Shown: piece by piece, positions 9,545 to 19,200 of the stretch
How the letters are laid out: every line of letters begins with the position of its first letter
How positions within the stretch are numbered: the first letter of the stretch is position 1
Assembly (NCBI GenBank): GCA_037137535.1
Contig: JBAXKC010000042.1
Span: 1 to 21,702, forward strand
Length of the DNA stretch: 21,702 bases
Direction of reading: 5' to 3'
From: a bacterium
GTDB lineage: Bacteria; Cyanobacteriota; Vampirovibrionia; Gastranaerophilales; JBAXKC01
Program-made: the position numbers and the translations under genes
Notes under the pieces: model-generated
Told to the model about the DNA's origin: nothing
The model's database searches: none
What the model saw: the letters and a program-made list of their open reading frames with translations, nothing else

Positions 9545-12500
9545 TTAAAGGTTTATTGGTAGCTCAATAGTAAAGGATGTTCCTTTGTTATTTTGACTTT
9601 CAAACCATATTTTACCTTTATGAGTTTCAATAATTTGTTTAGTAAGATATAGCCCAAGCCCAGAGCCAATTTTACGTTCAGTTGTCTTAGACATAGCATA
9701 TCTTTCAAATATTTTGTTTTTTAGTTCATCATCAATACCTGAACCATTGTCATGAATATAAATTCTTATATTATTGTCAGTTTTTGTTAATTTTATAAGT
9801 ATTTTTCCCTCTGATTTAACGTATGTAACTGCATTTTCTATTATTGTGAATATAGCTTTATGCATTTCTTTTGCATCAATTTCTATAATTGGTATATCAG
9901 AAAAATTTAGCTCGACATCTATGTTTTTTAATTCAATGGTCTCTTTTATCTCAAAAAGTACATCATCAATTATGGTTTTAATATTAGCTTTGCCCATAAG
10001 TAGGTTAACTTTTCCGGCTTCATAATTATAGCTATCAACGAGTTTATATAATAATTTATATAGACTTTCATTACTTCTCATTATTTCGTGGATTATATCT
10101 TTGTATTTTGACAGAGGGTGACCATCAGGTCTACTCAGGCAGAATTCTAGCGCTTTATGTTCACCAACTAATGGTACTCCAATATCATGAGCTAAAGTTG
10201 AAATAAAAGTATCTCTCATTTCTTCAAGCTCTATACGTTTCATTATTTCCCATAAAATTGGAACAACTGCCTCTGATATTAGATTAAGCAGAGAAAATTC
10301 GTCATAAGTCCAACTTCTTTCTTTGTTTGTACATAATATTGCTGTACCTAATAGCTTTGCTTTATCTGTGAATTTTGTAAATGGTTGGATTAGTGTGGCG
10401 TTAATATGTTGTAGATCTAAAAAAGTTATTCCTTCAACTTCATCGGGGAAATAATCATTTATATTATTTATTTCTATCGTTTCAATGTTTTTTATAGAAG
10501 TATTTAAAACATTGAAAAACAAATCAGGTATTTTAATATTTTGAAATTTAGAAAAATTCCGTTCACTATCTAATTCATATACAATTTTTAATTTATCACT
10601 TTTAAAGGGATAAAATTCAGCAAATAGAATTTTGTCTATATTAAATATACTCATGAGTTTTTCTGATAAATATTTATATGCTTCCTCTAAACTCGAAGTT
10701 AATTTGACATTAGTAATTATTTCTTTTAATAATCTTTCAGTTTCTGCATTTTTTTTGACTTTTTCATATAACTGTGACTGATAAATAGCAATTCCACACT
10801 GGTTTGCAATAATTCTTGCAAACTCTATATCTTCAGCTGTAAAAGTTTTTTCTGGCTCTGTATAGTGAATCACCATTACACCTAATAGTTTATTTAAATA
10901 AAAAATAGGCAATGCAAATAATGATTTTATGTCATACTTTGTTATATAGTTAGCAGTTACGCTATTTTCTAAATGGTTATTCTTTATATATTCATTAGTA
11001 TTTTGAATTATATTATCTTCTCCACTTAGTATTTTATTTATAAAAATAGGTGCATTTGCTTCAATATCTTCGCCTGTAATACTCTTTATCTGTTCAGTAG
11101 ATCTATATTCGTTAATTATAGGAATAAAAGTTTCAGTAATATTGTCATATTCAAGAATGAAGCATCGATCAGCATTAAATAAGTTCGCTGTTTCATTTAC
11201 TATAAGGTTTTTAATTTCATTAATTTCGACAGTGCTTCTAATAGCTACTACTACATTTCTAAAGATATTTTCTCTATCTGCTAACTCTTTTGTTTTTCTA
11301 TATAAGTCAGCCTGCTTTATTGTCATATATATTTGATTTGATACAGCTTTTAAAAGTTCAATATCATTTTTATTCCATTGTTTAATAGAGTCAAATTTTT
11401 GAATTAATAAAAAGCCCCAAGATTCATTGTTTTCTTTAAGTATAGGTGATGCAATAAGTGATTTTGCATTAATTGTTTTATAAAAATCTTTTATATAGTC
11501 AGGTATATCAGAATTAGCTATGTCTTCAATAATTAATAATTTATTTTCTTTAATTAATCTAGTCGAATAAAATTCACCTATTTTTTTATAAATTGTAAGA
11601 TACTTAAAGTTCTCAATTATTTCTTTTTTATTAATATCATCCAGGTATTCGCCCTTTATATCAAAGTTTTCGATGTTGTTAAGATTTGAATATTCTATGA
11701 CCATTACTCTCTCAACATTAAATAAATTAGCAAGTTTAGTGCAAATGATTTTTAGTAGCTCCTCTGTATCTAATGTAATTTTAGAGGTTTCAATTATGTC
11801 TCTTAATACTTTTTCTCGTCTTGCCTGTTCCCATATTAATTCATTTGATTCGTTTATTTTTTCTGTTAGTAATCCTATCTCATCACTTGATATAACAGGT
11901 ATTTCAAGCGGTTTTTCATCGGTTTTTATTTTTTCTATATGCTGTATAACAGTATCTATCGGCTTTGTAAATCTAAATGATAATAAATACTGAACAATTG
12001 TTGTTAAAAGAAAATATATAAGGAATAAAAAGGTGGAATAAAAAGGAAAATTTACCCCTGCTATTGTTGCACCTATCGGTATAAAAACCATATATGAAAT
12101 TATTAAAAATAATGATAAAAATGCTGCTAATTTTTGCCTTATATTCAATTTATAGTTATTAATGTCCTTTAGCCCAAAGAAAATAAAACTAAATCCTATA
12201 ATTTGAGCTAAATAATTAAATAAAGGATACAACGTTGTTGAATACCCTAGAATAAACATTATGGGCAGAAATCCAAGAATAAATAATCCAATGTTGAAAT
12301 TTGAATATATTTTTTTATTATCAGATATTCTTAAGTCAGCATAAATAAAGGCAGTTAATAAATAAAATGCTTCTTCTGCTATTTTACTAAGATAAAAATT
12401 TAATTCAATTTTATATATATATTCTCTAAATAAATCAAATAATAGAGGTACAAGTAATAAGTCAAAGAGAATTAGAAAAATATTTATACCGATAAAAAAC

Positions 12501-12949
12501 ATATATATGTTTTTACGGAATTTATTGTCTAAAGTATTTATTGTTTTTGGCATGTAAATTATAGTGGCAAAGAGAGCTAGTGCAGGAATAAAGTCTCCAA
12601 ATAAATAGGAAAAATTCTGTGAATCAAATAAATAATTACCGCCTATATTAATTCGACAAAAAGAAATAAAACTAATCATCTCAATAATTGAGTAACACAG
12701 AAAACTCCCTGCAATGATTACCATTTTTTTATTTTTATTTAGGCTATATTCTTTATTGGCTTTTAAGAAAATCGCAAAGGAGATAATTGCAATAATTAAA
12801 TTGAAACTAGCTTTATTTAATACGCCAATTGGTAAATAATACAGCACAAAAATTGATGGTACAAATTGAACTATCCAGCCATAAATCAACACAAAGGCAA
12901 GAAATATATATAAAATTATTAAAATTTTTGATTGAGATGTTTTATTCAT
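9545..12949 (-). CDS. Membrane sensor histidine kinase (multi-TM MASE3-like region, HAMP, 3 GAF, HisKA, HATPase)
   Basis: About 330 aa hydrophobic N-terminus; HAMP (KPID...DEIGLL); three GAF-like repeats; H-box TLAHDIGVPL, N-box ENAVTY, G1 DNGSGI, G2 GSGLGL. ATG 12949 (MNKT...) preferred over GTG 12967 because the paralog also begins with xNKT. Confidence 0.92.
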   Translation of the reverse strand: MNKTSQSKILIILYIFLAFVLIYGWIVQFVPSIFVLYYLPIGVLNKASFNLIIAIISFAIFLKANKEYSLNKNKKMVIIAGSFLCYSIIEMISFISFCRINIGGNYLFDSQNFSYLFGDFIPALALFATIIYMPKTINTLDNKFRKNIYMFFIGINIFLILFDLLLVPLLFDLFREYIYKIELNFYLSKIAEEAFYLLTAFIYADLRISDNKKIYSNFNIGLFILGFLPIMFILGYSTTLYPLFNYLAQIIGFSFIFFGLKDINNYKLNIRQKLAAFLSLFLIISYMVFIPIGATIAGVNFPFYSTFLFLIYFLLTTIVQYLLSFRFTKPIDTVIQHIEKIKTDEKPLEIPVISSDEIGLLTEKINESNELIWEQARREKVLRDIIETSKITLDTEELLKIICTKLANLFNVERVMVIEYSNLNNIENFDIKGEYLDDINKKEIIENFKYLTIYKKIGEFYSTRLIKENKLLIIEDIANSDIPDYIKDFYKTINAKSLIASPILKENNESWGFLLIQKFDSIKQWNKNDIELLKAVSNQIYMTIKQADLYRKTKELADRENIFRNVVVAIRSTVEINEIKNLIVNETANLFNADRCFILEYDNITETFIPIINEYRSTEQIKSITGEDIEANAPIFINKILSGEDNIIQNTNEYIKNNHLENSVTANYITKYDIKSLFALPIFYLNKLLGVMVIHYTEPEKTFTAEDIEFARIIANQCGIAIYQSQLYEKVKKNAETERLLKEIITNVKLTSSLEEAYKYLSEKLMSIFNIDKILFAEFYPFKSDKLKIVYELDSERNFSKFQNIKIPDLFFNVLNTSIKNIETIEINNINDYFPDEVEGITFLDLQHINATLIQPFTKFTDKAKLLGTAILCTNKERSWTYDEFSLLNLISEAVVPILWEIMKRIELEEMRDTFISTLAHDIGVPLVGEHKALEFCLSRPDGHPLSKYKDIIHEIMRSNESLYKLLYKLVDSYNYEAGKVNLLMGKANIKTIIDDVLFEIKETIELKNIDVELNFSDIPIIEIDAKEMHKAIFTIIENAVTYVKSEGKILIKLTKTDNNIRIYIHDNGSGIDDELKNKIFERYAMSKTTERKIGSGLGLYLTKQIIETHKGKIWFESQNNKGTSFTIELPINL

Positions 12950-12960
12950 ATTGCTGCCTT

Positions 12961-13962
12961 TCACCAAATAACTTTTGAACTGTCAAGGAGCTCTGGTGGA
13001 ATATTTAATTTGAGCTGTACTGCTCTTTTTGCATTTATATAAATAACACCGTCCTGCGTGGGTTTAATTTTAAAACTAGTCGGTTTCCTTCCTTTTAGAA
13101 TTCCAATTGCCATAACTGCAGCATTATAACCTTGAGAGTTACCTTTTAATGCAACAGCTGTTAAGCCGCCATCGTCTACAAAAAACGGCCACAAGCCTAT
13201 TTCTGGTAAATCAGAATTTGAAGTTAACATATTTATCATGTCTTTTTCATTTATATGATTACCATTATTATCTTTTACTGTGAAATATAAAATAACCATT
13301 ATGGCATCTACTTTATTTTGGTAAGATTTAATTAAATTTTTCCATTCATCAAAAGAGTTTGATTGGTGAATTTCTGTAATATTAACATGCAGTTTAGCTT
13401 CTTTAAGTTGTTTTATCATTATAGAAGAAGTTTCTGATTCATCACTTATTACTGCAATTTTATGTATATTGTTATCTATAAGCCTAAGTACCCTTGAAGC
13501 ATCATCAAAACGATGTCTTTCTAGAACACCTGTAATATTGGACTTTGGTAAACCATAGGTTTCAGGTTCGCCATTTACTCCGCAAAATACAAAGTTATAT
13601 TTTGTATTTTGCATTGGTAATGCAACATATAATAAGGCATTTTCATCAGAGATTATTATAATATCAGGGTTGTGTTTTAAAATATAACTTTTTACAATTT
13701 GTGCAGAGCTTAAAATTTGTTTTTTGCTTGATTTTCTTTTAGTATCCATATATATAGATTTAAAATGTATAGGCATATTTTTATCTTTAAAAGCCGATAG
13801 TATACCTGATTCAATATCTTTACTCCAACTAAATGTTTCATGATAAGAGGCAACATATAAAACATTATAAATTCGAGTATTTTTTTGGGGTAGTTTAAAA
13901 ATATAAATACTAAAACTGAGCAATATTATTATAATTATAAAAATTATTGATTTTTTAAACAT
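12961..13962 (-). CDS. Extracytoplasmic solute-binding protein (ABC_sub_bind-like, periplasmic binding protein type I)
   Basis: N-terminal signal or anchor MFKKSIIFIIIIILLSFSIYIF; motifs SYHETFSW, VFCGVN, NITGVLE, ILKGRKP and C-terminal IYINAKRAVQLKLNIPPELL. ATG 13962 preferred over GTG 14004. Confidence 0.8.
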   Translation of the reverse strand: MFKKSIIFIIIIILLSFSIYIFKLPQKNTRIYNVLYVASYHETFSWSKDIESGILSAFKDKNMPIHFKSIYMDTKRKSSKKQILSSAQIVKSYILKHNPDIIIISDENALLYVALPMQNTKYNFVFCGVNGEPETYGLPKSNITGVLERHRFDDASRVLRLIDNNIHKIAVISDESETSSIMIKQLKEAKLHVNITEIHQSNSFDEWKNLIKSYQNKVDAIMVILYFTVKDNNGNHINEKDMINMLTSNSDLPEIGLWPFFVDDGGLTAVALKGNSQGYNAAVMAIGILKGRKPTSFKIKPTQDGVIYINAKRAVQLKLNIPPELLDSSKVIW

Positions 13963-14191
13963 AAGCTCAACCCTATTTTGTATGAATAGCTTTTTAAGCC
14001 ACATTACAGCTTATCATATTTTAATCTATTAAAATAGATTTGCTATTCACTATCATTCTATAGAATTTATGTTTATGGCTGTATAACAAGCTAATAGCTG
14101 TTTTTATAAAACTACACATATTTTGAATTTGTTTAATTAGAAGTAGTATAAGAATAAAAATACTTATAAAAATTATAATTTTGTAAAAAAG

Positions 14192-14677
14192 TTAAATTGT
14201 ATCGTCAATAATAAATTCTGTTTGACCTTCAATTTGCTGATTTTCTATTTTTTTATACATAAATGCAGCCGCCATTCCACTTAGTGCATTAAATAATGCA
14301 AGCATTGGGGCTATAGCTGTTAATACTAGAATTATTGAAATAAATATATAAGAAAAAACCATATTAGGTCCATGCCAAGTGTTAGTTTTAAGGGCAGGAC
14401 TGATGAAAAACCAATAGATTATGTTAAAAGGTAGATAAATTAAAGAAGCGGCAATCGTAGCACAAAATCCTGATACAGCGCCCATAATCGCACCATCTTT
14501 TACTGTTATGATACCTATAAAAGAATAATGCTTTAAATACCAGACAATTCCAACTCCAATTAACATAAAAGCAAGAAAACCGAGTACATTTAAAAATGGA
14601 ATTAATAAAATAATACCTAAAGCAGCTCCTAAAATTGCGCCTAAAACAGCAGACGGTTTTATTAATGTGTTCATCAT
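14192..14677 (-). CDS. Small Gly-rich integral membrane protein of unknown function (about 4 TM)
   Basis: 161-aa ORF with AAGGA upstream; hydrophobic helices with GxxxG repeats (LGAILGAALG, DGAIMGAVSG). Confidence 0.8.
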   Translation of the reverse strand: MMNTLIKPSAVLGAILGAALGIILLIPFLNVLGFLAFMLIGVGIVWYLKHYSFIGIITVKDGAIMGAVSGFCATIAASLIYLPFNIIYWFFISPALKTNTWHGPNMVFSYIFISIILVLTAIAPMLALFNALSGMAAAFMYKKIENQQIEGQTEFIIDDTI

Positions 14678-14800
14678 ATCTTAATAATTCCTTATCAAAT
14701 AAAAGTTTTAAAATGCTTACGATTATATTATACTAAAATTACCTGTAAAAAGCAGTTATTTGATATTTACTATGTACTTTAAATTGTAAAATGGTGAAAA

Positions 14801-15895
14801 ATGGCAAAAGTTAAACTTTTAAATTTATCTAAATCCTATGAAAAAAATCAACAAACAATTAAAAATATATCGTTAGATATTAAAGATAAAGAATTTATTG
14901 TACTTGTAGGGCCGTCAGGTTGTGGTAAATCTACTGCTTTAAGAATGATTGCAGGTTTAGAAGATATTACTTCTGGTGAAATTCATATTGACGACCAAGT
15001 TGTTAATGACATTCACCCAAAAGATAGAAATATTGCAATGGTTTTCCAAAACTACGCTTTATATCCTCATATGAACGTCTATGATAATATGGCATTTGGG
15101 CTGAAAATGCGTAAAGTTCCTAAAGATGTTATAGATAAAAAAGTATTAGAAGCTGCAAAAATATTAAATCTTGATGACCTCTTAAAAAGAAAGCCAAAAC
15201 AATTATCAGGTGGTCAAAGACAAAGAGTAGCTTTAGGAAGAGCGATTGTAAGAGATCCTCATGTGTTTTTGATGGATGAACCTCTATCAAATTTAGATGC
15301 GAAATTAAGAGTTCAAATGAGGTCTGAAATTAAGAAATTACATCAAAAACTTCAGACTACATTTATATATGTAACTCATGATCAAGTTGAAGCTATGACA
15401 ATGGGCGACAGAATTGTTATTTTAAACGGTGGAATAATTCAACAAGTAGACACACCGGATAATGTTTATAGTAATCCTGCAAACATGTTTGTAGCCAGCT
15501 TTATTGGTTCTCCTGCAATGAATTTTATTGAAGTAGAAGTTATTTCTGAAAACAAAATCCAATTTAATAATCAAACTTTAAATTTATCAGAACAACTTAT
15601 TAATATAGTAAAAAATAATAGCTTACTTAATAAAACAGTTGTTTTAGGTATTAGACCGGAACATTTTTCTGACGAAATCAAATCAGAAAATAGCTTAACC
15701 ATAATGCCGCAACTTGTGGAGATGCTCGGAAGTGAAAAACTTGTTCACTTTAAAATTGGAGATAAAGCTGTTTCTGCCAAAATATCACCTGATATTCATT
15801 TAGAAGCAGATCAAGAATTTTGTCTTGGTATAAATATGGATAAAGCTTTAATTTTTGATAAAGAAAGTCAGCTTAGAATCGGTGTGAAAAGTTAA
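14801..15895 (+). CDS. Carbohydrate ABC transporter ATP-binding subunit (MalK/MsmK/UgpC family, C-terminal TOBE/OB domain)
   Basis: Walker [21 protein letters not shown], signature LSGGQRQR, Walker B/D-loop [31 protein letters not shown]. Confidence 0.95.
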   Translation: MAKVKLLNLSKSYEKNQQTIKNISLDIKDKEFIVLVGPSGCGKSTALRMIAGLEDITSGEIHIDDQVVNDIHPKDRNIAMVFQNYALYPHMNVYDNMAFGLKMRKVPKDVIDKKVLEAAKILNLDDLLKRKPKQLSGGQRQRVALGRAIVRDPHVFLMDEPLSNLDAKLRVQMRSEIKKLHQKLQTTFIYVTHDQVEAMTMGDRIVILNGGIIQQVDTPDNVYSNPANMFVASFIGSPAMNFIEVEVISENKIQFNNQTLNLSEQLINIVKNNSLLNKTVVLGIRPEHFSDEIKSENSLTIMPQLVEMLGSEKLVHFKIGDKAVSAKISPDIHLEADQEFCLGINMDKALIFDKESQLRIGVKS

Positions 15896-16293
15896 GTTAA
15901 ATACTCGACAACAATATTACACATTTTAAATTAGTTTTCAGACTGCTTCTAAGCTGTAGAATTGTCTACTAAATAATTTCTAAGTTGGCAAAATTCTTCA
16001 ATTGCTCTATAACTTTATGGTTGTTTTAAATAAAAAGTTACAGTTTTAATTATTATGTATTTTGGATATCGCATATCTTTGAAAGTCATTTTTAATTAAT
16101 CCTTAATAAAATTTTCTAATTTTTGATAATTTTATTAAAAATTTGATTTTCTTTCAATTAATGCGACACTTCCAATTTTTTTTTGGAGAGAACAAAGTAT
16201 GTCTGTGTGTTTATAGTACTCTATCTGATGAAATTATTTTAATTATATATGAACTTTATTAAATAAGTTTATTTTATAAAAAAGTGAGATAAA

Positions 16294-19200
16294 GTGAATA
16301 AAACTATAAGAATTTATCTTTTAATAGCAATGATTATAGCTGGTATGTTTTTTTTCACTGGCTTTATTTCCCAAACTTATGCATTTAATTTTATATTTAT
16401 TTATAAGACTCATGTATTATTAGAGATATTAACCGTAATTTTATTACTGTTGATTTTTATTAAAGTCAACTCATTATTTAATAAAAGTCATAATGCTAAA
16501 GCAGCTTTAATTGCGGGAGGTTTTCTTTCAGGATTTTTATTAGAACTCCACCATTTAATTGCAGCAAAAAGTTTTCCTTATGACGTTTTATCTTTAAATA
16601 ATGCCTTGGATAATCCTGATTTATTTTATATTCTAATAGGCAGATTGTTTATCCCAATATGCTTATTTAGTTCTATTTTTTTTGATTTTAAACAAAATGA
16701 AACAGAACAAAAAAAATTAAGAAATAAAATATATATTGGGTTTCTTTTTTCTACATTTATAATTATTTTTTTAGATTACATGTTTAATCATTATCTTTTA
16801 TCTTTTGTAAAGCCACATATTGGCAAAATGGTAATATTCAGTAACTCTTTAGAAGTAATAAATAATGCAATATATCTACTGATAGCTTTTATTTTTCTTG
16901 ATATGAAAATTGAAAAAAAGCTAAATATAGCCAGCTTTTTAATCGCAGGACTTTTAGTCTTCGGGACAGAACAGTTATTTTTTTTAGTTCCTTTGACACA
17001 AAATGGGATTTTCGGATTTTTTACACATATAGTAAAAATAATAGGTTTTATACTAATATATTTAGGTATTGAAGATGCTATAAAACCATCTTTTTATTTA
17101 TTTAAACATAAATTAATTTCCTATTTATCATTGTTTTTAATCATGTCCTATTTTATTTTTGTTTCATTAACTTCCACTCTATTTAACTTGGTTTTTCCTG
17201 CGTTTTCATCTTTTTTATTTCTTGAGTCTTTTATATTTTCAATAATTATTCAGTACAAACTTCTTGAAAATTTTGTAAATCCTATAGAAAATATTATTTT
17301 AGGCATTAGCAAATATAAACCCGAAGAGGAATTCAAAAAAATTCAAATAGAATCTAATGATGAAATAGGTTTATTGGCCGAAGATATAAATTATTTAATA
17401 GAATCAAACCAAAAATATATTAAAGAATTAATTTTGAATCAGAAAAAAGAAATAAAAAATTCTGCAAAACAAGAATTACTAAGAAAATTATCCAATCAAA
17501 TAAGAAGCGAACTAGATATAAATTTAATTAAGCAGAGGTTTGTTTTTGAATATGGGAAAATATTAGGAGCTCAAAGGTCTTTTTTCTGTGAATACGATTT
17601 ATATAAAAAAAACTTTTTGCCTCCTGATGAATATTCAGAATATTTAGATAACCCAACAGTTTTAAGCATAAAAAAAGCAGATTCGGCTTTTTTAAATCAA
17701 TTTCTTTCACTTTTTAATGAAATTAGTTTAAAGAAAAAAATCGTAATATTAAATTCTGAAGATTACATAAAAGAATTTAATTTTAAAAACAAAGCCGAAG
17801 AATTGAATTTTAAAAAATATAAAATTTCTTCTGCGATCATTCTTCCCTTAATTTTTAAAAACCAATTATACGGAGCTTATTATTATGATTTTGACAGAGA
17901 GAATGCTTTTGAAGAAGACGAAATGAAATTTACCGAACTTCTTATTGAACAAGCAGCAATAGCAATACATCAGAGCAAATTATTAATTTATTTTAAAAAA
18001 ATTGCTGAAAGAGAGGCATTTTTAAAACTTATAACTAATAAAATTTTAATGGCAAGTAGCATTGAAGAATCAATGTACAGCCTTTCAAAAGAAATAGCAG
18101 AGTTATTTAATGCTGAAAAAACTTGTCTTAGAATGTTTGATCCTGTTTCCAAGGGTTTTATGGATTCCATTGCAGAATATAACACAAGCAAAGACCATTC
18201 ATGTGCGTGTTGCAAAATTAAAGACTATAAAATCTTCGATGATTTTATTAAAGAAGAACTGTTTTCTAATAACCAGTCAATCATTATAGATAATATAGAC
18301 AAATCTGATTTTTCCGAAAAAATCAAAGCAATTTTTAAAAAAATTAATTTTTTTTCGGGGATAATATTTCCTATCAGATATTTAGATAATCCAATAGCTA
18401 TAATCATTATTTCAAACTCAGCAGAAAATAAAAATTTTAAAAAAGATAATTATGAGCTGTTAATACCTCTTTCTGAACAAATTGGCATATCAGCCAGACT
18501 GTTTCAGTTGAATGAAAATTTAACAAATTCTTTAAATGCTGAAAAATTAATAAAAGATCTAATTATTGAGGCAAGGGAATTAGAAGACCCTACGGTAATA
18601 ATAAATACTCTTCTGCAAAGAATGAAAGCATTGTTTCATTCTGATAAAGCATTAACTTTATCAATAGATAAAGCTAATAAAATTAGTATTAATAACCTTA
18701 TTGATGATACCTATACTGATAAATTATTTTTTGACGATTCAGTGGATGCCAGATATATAATTAGTTATTTTAAGAAGCATCCGCAAGAAGCACTAACCAT
18801 AAACAATGTTGAGTTGGAAATTGATAATATAAGTTTTAAAGATTATTTAATTAAAAATGATATTAAAGCATTCATTGCATACAGGATTAATATTTCTTCT
18901 AATCAGAAAGAAGTTCAGCCTACAGTAAAAAATATAATAATGATTTGCTCTAATACCACTAAAAATTGGAAATCTGAAGACATAGAAACTTTTAAAATGA
19001 TTGTAAACTCAGGAGAAATTATTTTATTTCAAATAATGCAAAAAATTGAAATAGAAGATACTAAAAAAACTTTTTTAGCGACATTAACTCATGATTTGAG
19101 AAGTCCGATATATGCAGAACAAAAAGCACTTGAATTTATTATTTCAAGAAAGGGCGAAACTCCATTAAGTGATTTTTGCGAATATCTTCAAGATATTTAC

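Noticed and set aside
9774-11993. Three short plus-strand ORFs (9774-10025, 11142-11336, 11673-11993)
   Set aside because: Antisense shadows of the histidine kinase gene.
12961-15895. Binding protein + membrane protein + ATPase as one ABC transporter
   Set aside because: The ATPase is on the opposite strand and of the carbohydrate-uptake class, the binding protein is of a different class, and the membrane protein lacks permease features.
17528-18407. Three short minus-strand ORFs
   Set aside because: Antisense shadows of the second kinase gene.
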